Below, piece after piece: positions 37,819 to 47,440 of a stretch of 64,000 nt of DNA. The translations under genes and the position numbers were made by a program. Positions within the stretch are counted from its first letter, which is position 1, and each line of letters begins with the position of its first letter. The stretch is from Planctomycetota bacterium (lineage in GTDB: Bacteria > Planctomycetota > B15-G4 > SIAN01): contig JANNXA010000055.1 of NCBI GenBank assembly GCA_031409275.1, positions 96,001-160,000 of the forward strand, written 5' to 3'. The notes beneath the pieces were generated by a model. The model made no database searches. It was given only the letters and a program-made list of their open reading frames with translations, and was not told where the DNA came from.

Positions 37819-38646
37819 TCACTCGCGCGGCGGCACCGGCGGGCGATCGGTTCGGAACTGCTCGAGGAAGCGGCCGGCAGGCGCGCTGGTCCATTCACGG
37901 ACGAACTGGATCAGCTCGGCCGCCAACGATCCCGCTTCCGCTTCGACCGTCGCCACCGCCGCGGCCAGCGCGGCCTGCTTGCGGAACAGGTGGCTGTAGA
38001 CCCGCTTCAGCTCTTCGATCTGCTCTTCGGGAATGGCGGCGCGCTGCAGCCCGACGACGTTGAGCGCGCGCACCCGCACCCGCTCGCCCGCCACCTTCGT
38101 GAACGGCGGCACGTCGTGCACGACGCGGCTCATGCCGCCGACGTACGCCATGCGACCGATGCGCGCGAAGTGGTGGCACGCGACCGCGCCGGCGAGCACG
38201 GCTCGATCGCCGATGTGGACGTGGCCCGCGATGAGCACGGCGTTGGCGAGGATGATCTCGTTGCCGAGCACGCAGTCGTGGCCGATGTGCGAACACGCCA
38301 TCAGCAGGTTCTTGTCGCCGACGATCGTGTTGCCGCCGCCCTTCACGGTGCCGCGGTTGATGGTCACGCACTCACGGACGACGTTGCCGTTGCCGATCGT
38401 CAGCGTGGTCGCCTCGCCGCGATAGGTCTTGTCCTGCGGCGTGCCGCCAAGCACCGCGCCGGGATGGACGACGTTGTCGCTCCCGACCACGGTGTGATTG
38501 CAAACGACGACGTGCGACAGCAGTCGCGTGCGCGCGCCGATCCGAGCACCGGCGTGCACATGGCAGAAGGGGCCGACGATGACCCCTTCGCCGAGCTCGG
38601 CGCCCGACTCGACCACCGAGAGCGGGTGGACGACCGCCGCGCTCAC
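37819..38646 (-). CDS. lpxA: UDP-N-acetylglucosamine acyltransferase
   Basis: Hexapeptide repeats, PQDKTY.GE, RECVTINRGT, HIGHDC, DVPPF. Confidence 0.95.
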   Translation of the reverse strand: MSAAVVHPLSVVESGAELGEGVIVGPFCHVHAGARIGARTRLLSHVVVCNHTVVGSDNVVHPGAVLGGTPQDKTYRGEATTLTIGNGNVVRECVTINRGTVKGGGNTIVGDKNLLMACSHIGHDCVLGNEIILANAVLIAGHVHIGDRAVLAGAVACHHFARIGRMAYVGGMSRVVHDVPPFTKVAGERVRVRALNVVGLQRAAIPEEQIEELKRVYSHLFRKQAALAAAVATVEAEAGSLAAELIQFVREWTSAPAGRFLEQFRTDRPPVPPRE

Positions 38647-39947
38647 GAGGCGTCCACGAGAGTGAACGTGAGCAGCGCCTCCGCGACGCGCTGCGAGCCG
38701 ACCTTCGCGATCGCCGCGCCCTGTCCCATCTTGCTGCGGACCTTGGTCGCCTCGATCTCGATGCGAAGCTGGTCGCCCGGAACGACCGCCCGCCGCAACT
38801 TGACCTCGTCGATCGACCACAGCACGGCGAGCTTGCCCGTGTTCTCGAGACGACGCAGCAGCAGCAGGCCGGCGAGCTGCGCCATCGCCTCTAGGATCAT
38901 CACGCCGGGCATGATCGGCTGCCCCGGCCAGTGGCCCTGGAAGAACGGCTCGTTGATCGTGACGTTCTTGATGCCGACGGCGCGCCGATAGCCCTCGAGC
39001 TCGATGACCCGGTCGATCAGCAGGAACGGGTAGCGATGCGGCAGGAGATTCAGGATCTCCTTGATGTCCATGCCGGTCGGCGATGGCAGCGAACCGGCGA
39101 GTTCTTCGGCCTCGAGTGTCTCGATCAGCTTCCCGACCAGCTTGCGATTGGCGGCGTGCCCCGTCTTGGTCGCCATGACCCGCCCGCGCAGGTCGGCGCC
39201 GAGCAGGAACAGGTCGCCCAGCAGATCGAGCATCTTGTGGCGCGCGATCTCGTCGGGGAAACGCATCGGCGGCGCCCCCTCCTGCGAACCGCCGACGACG
39301 ATCGTGTTCTCCGGGGTCGCCCCCTTGCCGAGCCCCCGCTTGCGCAGCTCCTCGACCTCTTCCGCGAAGCAGAAGGTCCGCGCCGGGGCGATCTTGTCGC
39401 GAAAGGTCTCGGGCGAGATGTCGAGCGCGACGTACTGGCTGCCCCCAGTCCGCCCCTGGAAGTCGAGCGTGTAGGCCAGCATCAGCCCGTCCTGGTCATT
39501 CGGGACTGCGGTGATGAAGGAGTCGCCGACGGTGACCGCGATCGGCTCGCGGACTTCGAGGCACTTGCGCGGCGACTTCTGCTCGACGAGGACGGCGCGC
39601 TGCAACTGCTCGACCCACTGCAGCGAACTGCCGTCGAGCCCGGGCATCTCCGGCCCCGAAATCTCGACGCGCAGGTTGTCGATCCCGAGGCCGGCGAGCG
39701 CCGCGCAGAGGTGCTCGACGGTGTGAACCTCCGCCTCGTCGTTCTTCAGCGTCGTGCGACGCGGGTTGTCGACGATGTAGCGGTAGGACGCTGGAACGAT
39801 CGGCGCGTCCGGCAGATCGGTCCGCACGAACACAACGCCGCTGTCCGCTTCGGCGGGGACCACTCGCACGCGCACTTCCGCACCGCTGTGCAGGCCGACG
39901 CCGGACAGCTCGAAGGGGTTCTTGATCGTGCGTTGGTTGCGTCGCAT
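38643..39947 (-). CDS. lpxC-fabZ: bifunctional LpxC deacetylase / FabZ dehydratase fusion
   Basis: GVGLHSG, TVEHL, APARTF, RHKMLD (LpxC), then LPHRYPFLLIDR, GHWPGQPIMPGV..EAMAQ (FabZ). Confidence 0.95.
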   Translation of the reverse strand: MRRNQRTIKNPFELSGVGLHSGAEVRVRVVPAEADSGVVFVRTDLPDAPIVPASYRYIVDNPRRTTLKNDEAEVHTVEHLCAALAGLGIDNLRVEISGPEMPGLDGSSLQWVEQLQRAVLVEQKSPRKCLEVREPIAVTVGDSFITAVPNDQDGLMLAYTLDFQGRTGGSQYVALDISPETFRDKIAPARTFCFAEEVEELRKRGLGKGATPENTIVVGGSQEGAPPMRFPDEIARHKMLDLLGDLFLLGADLRGRVMATKTGHAANRKLVGKLIETLEAEELAGSLPSPTGMDIKEILNLLPHRYPFLLIDRVIELEGYRRAVGIKNVTINEPFFQGHWPGQPIMPGVMILEAMAQLAGLLLLRRLENTGKLAVLWSIDEVKLRRAVVPGDQLRIEIEATKVRSKMGQGAAIAKVGSQRVAEALLTFTLVDAS

Positions 39948-39961
39948 GGACGGTTCGGACG

Positions 39962-40525
39962 CTACTTGCCGGCGTCGAGGATCGCAAGCACGGCATCGGT
40001 CGCGTCGATGGTGCCGCGGTACGCCACCACCGTTCGCACGACGATCTCCGGGATCACGTCGCTGCTCTTGGTCCCTTTGACCGGCGACGCCGCGTACTGC
40101 AGCACCGCGTCGAGATCCCGCGACTCGAGGAACGTCTTGCAGGCCGCGGCGACGCGCGCGTGCCCGTCCGACAGGGAGCGCGCCACCTTGCGCTCGAAGT
40201 CGTCCTGCAGAGAGTCCTGCTCCGCTTCGAGCTCGAACTTCTTGACGCGCAGCTCCTTGCTCTTCTTCAAGTAGCCGTCGCTGCCGGGCTTGAGCTGGTC
40301 GAGCTCGGCGAGCTGCGCGCGGTACTCCTTCGCTCGCTCGTCGAGGAGCGTCTGGTTGGCCGTGCGCCACTGGTCGATCAGCGACTGCTCGTCGCGCGAC
40401 TGCTTGTGCGTGCTGACCAGGCGCGACATGTCGACGACCGCGATGCGCGGCCCCTCGAATCGCGCGGCCGCGCCGGCGACCACCACCACCGCCACGAGGG
40501 CAGCACCGATCAGCCACTGCTTCAT
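39962..40525 (-). CDS. skp: OmpH/Skp periplasmic chaperone
   Basis: Signal, IAVVDM, coiled coil, IDATDAVL; lies directly after bamA. Confidence 0.8.
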   Translation of the reverse strand: MKQWLIGAALVAVVVVAGAAARFEGPRIAVVDMSRLVSTHKQSRDEQSLIDQWRTANQTLLDERAKEYRAQLAELDQLKPGSDGYLKKSKELRVKKFELEAEQDSLQDDFERKVARSLSDGHARVAAACKTFLESRDLDAVLQYAASPVKGTKSSDVIPEIVVRTVVAYRGTIDATDAVLAILDAGK

Positions 40526-40558
40526 TGCTTCGATCCTCCAAGCTCCTGCCGCATGCGG

Positions 40559-43018
40559 TCAGAAGCGCGTGCTGAAATTGATCTGGAAACTCTCGCGCTC
40601 GTCCTCGGGCGCGCGCTGCACCGGGATGCCGTAGTAGATCTCGAGCGGGGCCGAGAAGAGCTGGAACGGGATCTTCAAGCGCAAGCCGGCGCCGACGCTC
40701 ATGCGCCAGCGTCCGCTCTCGAGATCCCCCCAGTCGCGCTCGAGCATGCCCTGGTCGATGAAGAGCAGGCCACGCAGGAACGGCTGGTTCTCCCGCAGTC
40801 TTGCGTCGTAGATGTCGACCAGCGGAAAGACGTACTCGGTGTTCACGGTCCAGCCGGCGCTTCCGCCGATCGGGAAGTTGCCGTCGTGCGGTCCGAGGCC
40901 ACGAAACTCGAACCCGCGGCCCTGCAGGAAGCCGCCCGGACCGCCAGCGAAGTAGCGTTCGAACAAGGGCACGTCGCGGCTGTCGCCGTAGCCCCGCGCA
41001 TACGCCGCCGAGCCACGGAAGGAGAGCACATGGCGCTGCTCCTCTTCGTTCTCGAAGATCGGCACGAGCAGCTCCGCGCTCGTGGTCGCCTTCCATGCGT
41101 CGACCTGCGCGCCGAGCGCACCGCCCAACCACTCGCCGGTCGCGTCGAGCCGATACCCGTCGGTCGGGTTTCGCAACGAGTCGAGCTGGCGGAACTCCCA
41201 GTCCGCGATCAGCGCGCGCACCGAGTTGCCGCCCTCGACCGCGAGCAGATCCTCGAGCGGATCGGCGCGCGCCTCGATGTTCGAGATGTCGATCCGGTCC
41301 TGACGAATCCCGAGCGAGACCGCCTGCCGACGCGAAAGCCGCTTGCCCAGCGAGACCTGACCACCGAAGGTGTCCTGGTCGTAGTAGCGCGACGTGAACT
41401 CGCGCAGATGGATGTTGGCGTCGAGGTAGACCGGATTCGACAACGGGCCGGTGAGGTAGGGCTCGGTGAACTGGATCAGGTAGTTCGAGTAGCGATTGCC
41501 CGGATTGGCGCGGAAGCGCAGCCGCTGGCCGCCGCCATGCAACGCCCGCTGGTCGAGGAACTCCTCGAACAGCGTCGCGGGTGAATCGGGCAGATCGGTG
41601 AGGTCGAAGTTGTCGATGGTCAGGTCGGTGCCGAGGAAGAAGCCCTGGCCCGAAGCCACGCCGCCGAACAGGGTGAAGAGGCCGGCGGTGCCGTCCTCGA
41701 CGCGCATCACGATGTCCTCGCCGTCCGGGTCGGCCGTCGCTTCGTTCTCGACCCAGGCGAGCGGAGTGCCGCGTTCGTCGGCGAAGAACCCGCTGGCGCG
41801 CAGCCGATCCTCGGCGGCCAGCACCTCGTCGCCGTCGAACAGTTCTCCGGGATGGAGATCGAGCTCGCGGCGGATCACTTCGTCCTTGGTGTTCTGGTTG
41901 CCGACGACGCGCACGTCGCGCACGCGCTTGGGAGTGTCCTCGCGAACCCGGTAGGTCACGTCGATCTCGGCGCTTCCCGTGGCGTAGCTCTCGACCGGAC
42001 GCGCGTCGATCGCCGCGCGCGCATAGCCGAGGTGTCGGTAGAGCTTCAGGATGCGCGCGCGATCCTTGCGGTAGATCGTCTGGCGATAGGGCTGCCCCGG
42101 CGCGAGGCGCGTCAACGCGGCGAGCTCCGCCTCCGAGAACTGCTCGTTGCCGGAATACTTGACCGAACGAACGGTGTAGCGCGAACCCTGCTCGATCCGG
42201 ATCGTGATGTCGACCTCTTCGCCGTCGAGATCGGGCGTCACCGACTCGACCGCGACCCGCGCATCGAGGTACCCCTCGTCGCGCAGGAACTGCTCGATCA
42301 GGACGACGTCGTCCTCGAGCACCTTCGGCTTGTAGGCCTGCGTGAAGATCCAGAACGAGCGGCTGGTCTTCATCAACGAACGCAGGTGGCGTGGCGCGAA
42401 CTGCTCGAGGCCGACGAACACGAGTTCGTCGACGGAGACCTCGGGGCCTTCGAGGATCTCGAAGAGGAGCACGTGCTCGTCGCCCTGCTTCTCGATGCGC
42501 GGTTCGATCTCCGCGTAGAGGAAGCCCTCCTCCTGGTACTTCTCTTCGAGCTGGCGCACGAGGACGGCGAGCCCGCTGCCGCGAACCGTGCTCTCGGGCA
42601 GCGCGTTGTTCTCCGAAAGGCCGAGCGCCTCGCGGAGGTCGTCCTCATCGAGTTCGCTGTTGCCCTTGAAGAGGACGCGGCTCACCGCGGGCACCTGCTC
42701 GAGCCGGAAGACGACTTCGACCGAGCCGTCGTCGCGCCGATGCGCCCGCACGTCGCCCCACACCTGGAATCGCGCCGCCAGCGTCTTCAGGTCCTCGTCC
42801 GCGATCCGCGGCGAATAGGCCGATCCGACCTTCGTCCGCACCTGGAGCGCCAGCAGCTCCGGCGTGAGCCGGGTCTCGCCTTCGAACTTGACGCTGGCGA
42901 CCACGCCATCGACGGCGTCGAGCGCGACGGCGGCCGCCGCCGGCGGCGCGTCCTGGACCGGCGCTGCGACCGCGAACGCGACCGAGTGGATCAAGCATGC
43001 TGCGACGATGAAGCGCAT
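40559..43018 (-). CDS. bamA: outer membrane protein assembly factor BamA
   Basis: Signal peptide, POTRA repeats (GN..D..IRREL), FTEPYL, ERYFAGG..RGF..GP, terminal Phe. Confidence 0.92.
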   Translation of the reverse strand: MRFIVAACLIHSVAFAVAAPVQDAPPAAAAVALDAVDGVVASVKFEGETRLTPELLALQVRTKVGSAYSPRIADEDLKTLAARFQVWGDVRAHRRDDGSVEVVFRLEQVPAVSRVLFKGNSELDEDDLREALGLSENNALPESTVRGSGLAVLVRQLEEKYQEEGFLYAEIEPRIEKQGDEHVLLFEILEGPEVSVDELVFVGLEQFAPRHLRSLMKTSRSFWIFTQAYKPKVLEDDVVLIEQFLRDEGYLDARVAVESVTPDLDGEEVDITIRIEQGSRYTVRSVKYSGNEQFSEAELAALTRLAPGQPYRQTIYRKDRARILKLYRHLGYARAAIDARPVESYATGSAEIDVTYRVREDTPKRVRDVRVVGNQNTKDEVIRRELDLHPGELFDGDEVLAAEDRLRASGFFADERGTPLAWVENEATADPDGEDIVMRVEDGTAGLFTLFGGVASGQGFFLGTDLTIDNFDLTDLPDSPATLFEEFLDQRALHGGGQRLRFRANPGNRYSNYLIQFTEPYLTGPLSNPVYLDANIHLREFTSRYYDQDTFGGQVSLGKRLSRRQAVSLGIRQDRIDISNIEARADPLEDLLAVEGGNSVRALIADWEFRQLDSLRNPTDGYRLDATGEWLGGALGAQVDAWKATTSAELLVPIFENEEEQRHVLSFRGSAAYARGYGDSRDVPLFERYFAGGPGGFLQGRGFEFRGLGPHDGNFPIGGSAGWTVNTEYVFPLVDIYDARLRENQPFLRGLLFIDQGMLERDWGDLESGRWRMSVGAGLRLKIPFQLFSAPLEIYYGIPVQRAPEDERESFQINFSTRF

Positions 43019-43019
43019 C

Positions 43020-44390
43020 TCAGCCCCGGAAGTCGAGGTCAGAGAACGGCTCGAAGCGAACGTTCTCCGGGAAGAACGACAGCTTCACGTCGCCAATCGG
43101 CCCGTTTCGATTCTTCGCGATGATCAAGGTCGCCTGGTTCTGCGTCTGCGGATTCTTGCCGCCGTCGTAGTAGTCCTCCCGGAAGAGGAACATCACGACG
43201 TCCGCATCCTGCTCGATCGACCCCGACTCGCGCAGGTCCGACATGCGCGGCCGATGGTCCTCGCGATTGTCGACCGCCCGGTTGAGCTGCGAGAGCGCGA
43301 TCACGGGCACGTCGATCTCGCGCGCGAGCCCCTTCAGCGCGATCGAGATCTGCGAGATCTCCTGCTGGCGACTGTCGACTTCGCGCGGCGACGCGATCAG
43401 CTGCATGTAGTCGATGATGACGAGGCCGATCCCATGCGAGGCCTTCATGCGGCGCGCCTTCGCGCGAATCTGCAGGCTGGTCATGCCGGGCGTGTCGTCG
43501 ATGAATACCGGCGCGTACTCGAGCGACGCCGCGGCCTGCGCGACGCGCTGGTAGGCGTCGTGGTCGAGCATCCCCTTGCGCAACAGGTGCGAATCGACCT
43601 GGGCGTGGCACGCCAGGAGGTTCTGGGCGATCTGCTGGCGCGGCATCTCGAGGCTGAAGATGAGCACGGGCGTCGGCGGCTCGTTGCGCGTCGCGGCACG
43701 CAGCCCAATATTGAGCGCGTAGCTCGTCTTGCCCATCGACGGGCGCGCTGCGAGCACGATCATCTGCCCGCCTTGCATGCCGGAGAGGCGCTCGTCGAGG
43801 TCGGGGTAGTGCGAGCGGATGCCCGCAAGTTCGCCCGCGCTGCGCTGGTCGAGGGCGAGCAGCACTTCCTTGACGATCGTGCGCAGCGGCGCGGCTTCGC
43901 CCTTGATGTTGCGGCGGGCGACGTCGAAGACCACCTGCTCGGCGCCGTCGACGATCTGCTCGATCGAGCGACCGGCCACGCGAGCATCTTCCAGGATTCG
44001 TCGCGCCGCCTCGATCAATCCGCGACGCAGCGCCCGCTCGCGAACGATGCCGGCGTGATAGGCCACATTCGCGCTGGAGGGAACCCGCTCGACGAGCCGC
44101 GCGAGCTCGAGCGGTCCGCCGATGCGGTCGAGGTGGCCGCTCTTCAGCAACGCCTCGCCCACCAGCGTCAGGTCGATTCCGGAACCGCCCTCGAAGAGGT
44201 CGACGAGCGTCTGGAACAAGATCTGATGGCCGAGGACGTAGAAGTCCTCCGACTTGAGGAACTGGGCGACTTCGCTGACCGCTTCACGGTCCTGCAACAG
44301 CGCCCCGAGCACCGCTTCCTCGGCCTCCCGATGGTGCGGCAACGTCTTCGCCGTCAGCTCATCGAGAATGCTCGGATCGACCGAAACCAT
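43020..44390 (-). CDS. dnaB: replicative DNA helicase
   Basis: AEEAVLG, AARPSMGKT, FSLEM, IIDYMQL, LSQLNR, DLRESGSIEQDAD, KNRNGP. Confidence 0.97.
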   Translation of the reverse strand: MVSVDPSILDELTAKTLPHHREAEEAVLGALLQDREAVSEVAQFLKSEDFYVLGHQILFQTLVDLFEGGSGIDLTLVGEALLKSGHLDRIGGPLELARLVERVPSSANVAYHAGIVRERALRRGLIEAARRILEDARVAGRSIEQIVDGAEQVVFDVARRNIKGEAAPLRTIVKEVLLALDQRSAGELAGIRSHYPDLDERLSGMQGGQMIVLAARPSMGKTSYALNIGLRAATRNEPPTPVLIFSLEMPRQQIAQNLLACHAQVDSHLLRKGMLDHDAYQRVAQAAASLEYAPVFIDDTPGMTSLQIRAKARRMKASHGIGLVIIDYMQLIASPREVDSRQQEISQISIALKGLAREIDVPVIALSQLNRAVDNREDHRPRMSDLRESGSIEQDADVVMFLFREDYYDGGKNPQTQNQATLIIAKNRNGPIGDVKLSFFPENVRFEPFSDLDFRG

Positions 44391-44428
44391 GCGGCCGCCC
44401 TCCCCAGGGCGCGCCAACGCCCTGCATC

Positions 44429-44471
44429 AAAAAGCGCGGGCGCGGCCGAGCGACACCCGGCCGCGCCCTGC
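44429..44471 (-). terminator. intrinsic terminator after rplI
   Basis: Minus strand GGGCGCGGCCGGG-TGTCG-CTCGGCCGCGCCC then GCGCTTTTT. Confidence 0.7.
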
Positions 44472-44485
44472 TCGATCGGACGATA

Positions 44486-45019
44486 TCAGCTGGCCGGCGC
44501 CGCCGGGGTAGCTGCCGCGGCCGCAGCTTCCTTCATCGCAGCTTCCGCCGCCGCCAGCGCGGCAGCGGCCGCCGCGCCTTCGGCTTCGACCACGACCGTG
44601 ATGCCGACCTTCACGTCAGCATGGAGGTGGATCGCGACCTCGTAGGTCCCGACGGTCTTGATCGGTTCCTTGATGCGGACGTCGCGCTCGGCGACCTGGT
44701 GCCCCTTCTCGCGCAACGCTGCCGCGAGGACATGCGCGTTGACCGAGCCGAAGAGGTGGCCTTCCTGAGTCGCGCGCATGGTCAGCTCGAGCTTCAAGCC
44801 CTCGAGCTTCCCGGCGACGCCCTTCAATTCGGCGACGAGAGTCGCCTCTTCGACGGCGAACTGCTTCTTCATGGTGACCAGACGCGAGAGCGCGTCTGCC
44901 GTCGCCAGGATCGCCTTGCGCTGCGGCAGCAGGTGGTTGCGGCCGAAGCCGTCACGGACGTTGACCTGGTCGCCCTTGCGACCGAGGCTCTCGATGTTCT
45001 CGAGGAGGATGACTTCCAT
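44486..45019 (-). CDS. rplI: 50S ribosomal protein L9
   Basis: MEVILL..LG..GD.V.V.DGFGRN.LLP, LFGSV, PIKTVG; Ala-rich tail. Confidence 0.96.
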   Translation of the reverse strand: MEVILLENIESLGRKGDQVNVRDGFGRNHLLPQRKAILATADALSRLVTMKKQFAVEEATLVAELKGVAGKLEGLKLELTMRATQEGHLFGSVNAHVLAAALREKGHQVAERDVRIKEPIKTVGTYEVAIHLHADVKVGITVVVEAEGAAAAAALAAAEAAMKEAAAAAATPAAPAS

Positions 45020-45034
45020 GTGGTTCTCCTGAGC

Positions 45035-45334
45035 TCAGCCGACGAACGGCAGCAGGCCGAGATAGCGCGCCTGCTTGACCGCGACCTTGAGCTGACTCTG
45101 GAACTTCGCGCTATTGCCCGAGCGCTTGCGCGAAAAGAGCTTGCCCTGCTGTGAGCAGAGCCGCTCGAGGGTGTTGAGATCTTTGTAGCTGATGGTCAGC
45201 CCGTCGGGGAGGACACCTTCCTTCTCGAGGATCCCTTCCTTCTTGCTGAACCGGCACGGCCCGCGATCGACGAACTTGCGGTAGCGCCGCTGACGGGCAC
45301 GGGCGAGCGCGATACGCGATTTCTTCTTCGGCAT
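45035..45334 (-). CDS. rpsR: 30S ribosomal protein S18
   Basis: ISYKD..L, GKLFSRKRSG, VKQARYLGLLPF. Confidence 0.93.
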   Translation of the reverse strand: MPKKKSRIALARARQRRYRKFVDRGPCRFSKKEGILEKEGVLPDGLTISYKDLNTLERLCSQQGKLFSRKRSGNSAKFQSQLKVAVKQARYLGLLPFVG

Positions 45335-45351
45335 GGTGTTGTTCACTCCGT

Positions 45352-45852
45352 TCAAACGGCCGACGCGTCGCCGGCCGGATCGGCCGCGGGCGCCATCGAA
45401 TCGCCACGGGGGCCACGACCACGACGACGTTCACCGCCGCCGCGCTCGCCACCGCCATCAAATCCGCCCTCGCCGCGCTGCTCTTCGCCTTCGCGCAGGG
45501 CTTCCTCGACGGACGTCGCGCGTCGACGCTCTTCGTCCTCAGTCGGAATACGATCAAGCGCAAGGACGAGCATGCGCAGGACGAGCTCCGAGAGCTCGGC
45601 TTCGCGCTTCAGCGTCCCGATCACCGCCGGGTTCGCTTCGAAGTAGGTGAGGAAGAAGATCCCCTCACGCTGCCCCTTGATCTCGTACGCCAGCGATCGC
45701 TGCTCCCACTTGTTGAAGCGGGAGACGGTCGCTCCGACCTTCTCGAGCAGCGACTTGATGTGCTCCTCGAGATAGTCGTGGCTCTTGCGCGCCTCCTTGT
45801 TGAACACGAGGAACATGGCCTCGTAGGGGCGCATCCGGACTTCGCTGCTCAA
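45352..45852 (-). CDS. rpsF: 30S ribosomal protein S6 with C-terminal extension
   Basis: RPYEAMF, W..RSLAYEIK, VLRML; TTG start 8 nt after GGAGG. Confidence 0.93.
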   Translation of the reverse strand: MSSEVRMRPYEAMFLVFNKEARKSHDYLEEHIKSLLEKVGATVSRFNKWEQRSLAYEIKGQREGIFFLTYFEANPAVIGTLKREAELSELVLRMLVLALDRIPTEDEERRRATSVEEALREGEEQRGEGGFDGGGERGGGERRRGRGPRGDSMAPAADPAGDASAV

Positions 45853-45870
45853 AACACGATCCTCCATCGG

Positions 45871-45889
45871 GTGCCGGCGTTGCCGGCAC
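45871..45889 (-). promoter_or_regulatory. hairpin immediately upstream of the rpsF SD (possible S6:S18 leader element)
   Basis: GTGCCGGC-AAC-GCCGGCAC perfect stem, 5 nt before GGAGG. Confidence 0.35.
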
Positions 45890-45930
45890 GTCTGCCATAC
45901 GCCGCGACGCGACCCTGCGTCGTGACTGGG

Positions 45931-46617
45931 TCAGGCTCGGTGGTGGTCCCCATCGCCACACGGCGACGGCGGCTCCTCGGGCGCAGATCGCGTGGTCGTT
46001 GGCGGCTTCACCGCCTTTTCAGGCGATGGGTCGCGGTTCAACCGGTTCATCAGGGTCACGATCGGCGTCGAGTCGAGCCACGCTACCACGGCGTGCACCG
46101 CTTCGGCAACGGCTCGATCGAGCAGTGCTCGCTCCTCGCTGCTCGGCCGCTGCAGCACGTAGTCGGCCGTCCCCTGGCCCGCAGGGGCGCTTCCGATGCC
46201 GATCCGGAGGCGCGGGTAGGCCGCGCTTCCGAGCTGCCGCTCGATCGACTTGAGGCCGTTGTGGCCGCCGTCGCTGCCGCTCAAGCGAAGTCGCAGCCGC
46301 CCGGGCGCCAGCGCCAGGTCGTCGCAGACCACGAGCACGTCCGCAGGCGCGGCAAGCCTCGTAGGGTCGAGGCGGGCGAGGGCCTCGCCCGAGACGTTCA
46401 TGTAGGTCAGCGGGCAGATCAGCAGCGCTTCGTCGCTGCCGCGGCCGACCCGCGCGGACAAGGCCGGCCCGCGCCCTTCCTTCAGGTGCACCTTGAGGCG
46501 CGCTGCGACCTTGCGCACGACCTCGAATCCGAGATTGTGGCGCGTCCCGTCGTATTCGGGACCGGGGTTGCCAAGGCCGACCAGGATGCGCATGCACGGC
46601 TCGCTGGGCTTCGACAC
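45931..46617 (-). CDS. pth: peptidyl-tRNA hydrolase
   Basis: VGLGNPG.EY..TRHNLGF, PLTYMN.SG, GGHNGLKS, RLRIGIG. Confidence 0.96.
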   Translation of the reverse strand: MSKPSEPCMRILVGLGNPGPEYDGTRHNLGFEVVRKVAARLKVHLKEGRGPALSARVGRGSDEALLICPLTYMNVSGEALARLDPTRLAAPADVLVVCDDLALAPGRLRLRLSGSDGGHNGLKSIERQLGSAAYPRLRIGIGSAPAGQGTADYVLQRPSSEERALLDRAVAEAVHAVVAWLDSTPIVTLMNRLNRDPSPEKAVKPPTTTRSAPEEPPSPCGDGDHHRA

Positions 46618-46701
46618 CGCCGGCCGGCCGACGCCGCCGAATGCGACGCTCGACCGGCCGGTGGTTCACGGCAACGCGGGCAAGAGCCCGCGCTTCTGCG
46701 A

Positions 46702-47391
46702 TCACTTCTTCTCGGGCTTCTTGTCCTTGCCTGCCGCCGGTGCGGCCTCGGCCGCCTCGCCATCCGCCGCCGGCGCCTTCTTGATCAGCTCGGGTTCGGC
46801 CGCTGCAGCGACATCCGCCGCATTCGCCGCCGCTACCACGACTTCCTTCTTCTCGACGATCGACAGCACGAGCGCGTCAGCGTCCTCGACTGCCTCGACA
46901 CCGGCCGGAAGGCGCAGTTCCTTCACGTGAACCGTGCCGTGCAGATCGAGATTGCGGACGTCGATCTCGATCGAATCGGGAATCTCGAGCGGAAGGCAGC
47001 GCACCTTCACCTGGTCGAGCTGGAGCAGGAGGATGCCGCCAGCGATCTCGCCCTTCGCCGGGCCCTTCACCTTGACGGTGACGTCGATCTCGATCTTCTC
47101 GCTCATGTTGACGCGCTGGAAGTCGACGTGCAGCGGCTGCTGCGACATCGTGTCCCAGTCGACACCGTGGACGACTGCCGCTTCCGACTTCCCGTCGAGC
47201 TGCAACATCACGATGCGCGCGTGCGCCTTGCGGGCCGCCTCGAAGTCCTTCACCGCGACGTGCAGCGAAAGCGACTCCGTGCCCTTGCCGCAAAGGACGC
47301 CGGGAAGGCGGCCGTCGAGGCGGAGGTTGCGGCTGGTGCGGCTGCCAACGCTGGTGCGCCGATCGGCCTTCATGTCGAACGTCTTCATCAT
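46702..47391 (-). CDS. rplY: 50S ribosomal protein L25 / CTC
   Basis: LR..GRLPGV, HVDFQR, IPDSIEID; long CTC form. Confidence 0.93.
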   Translation of the reverse strand: MMKTFDMKADRRTSVGSRTSRNLRLDGRLPGVLCGKGTESLSLHVAVKDFEAARKAHARIVMLQLDGKSEAAVVHGVDWDTMSQQPLHVDFQRVNMSEKIEIDVTVKVKGPAKGEIAGGILLLQLDQVKVRCLPLEIPDSIEIDVRNLDLHGTVHVKELRLPAGVEAVEDADALVLSIVEKKEVVVAAANAADVAAAAEPELIKKAPAADGEAAEAAPAAGKDKKPEKK

Positions 47392-47440
47392 TTCGCTCCA
47401 AGCGCGGCGCCAGGCGCCGCGTGGCCCCGTCGAAGGGGCT

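Noticed and set aside
43020..44390. Intein in DnaB
   Set aside because: Length is normal (456 aa) and the motifs are contiguous
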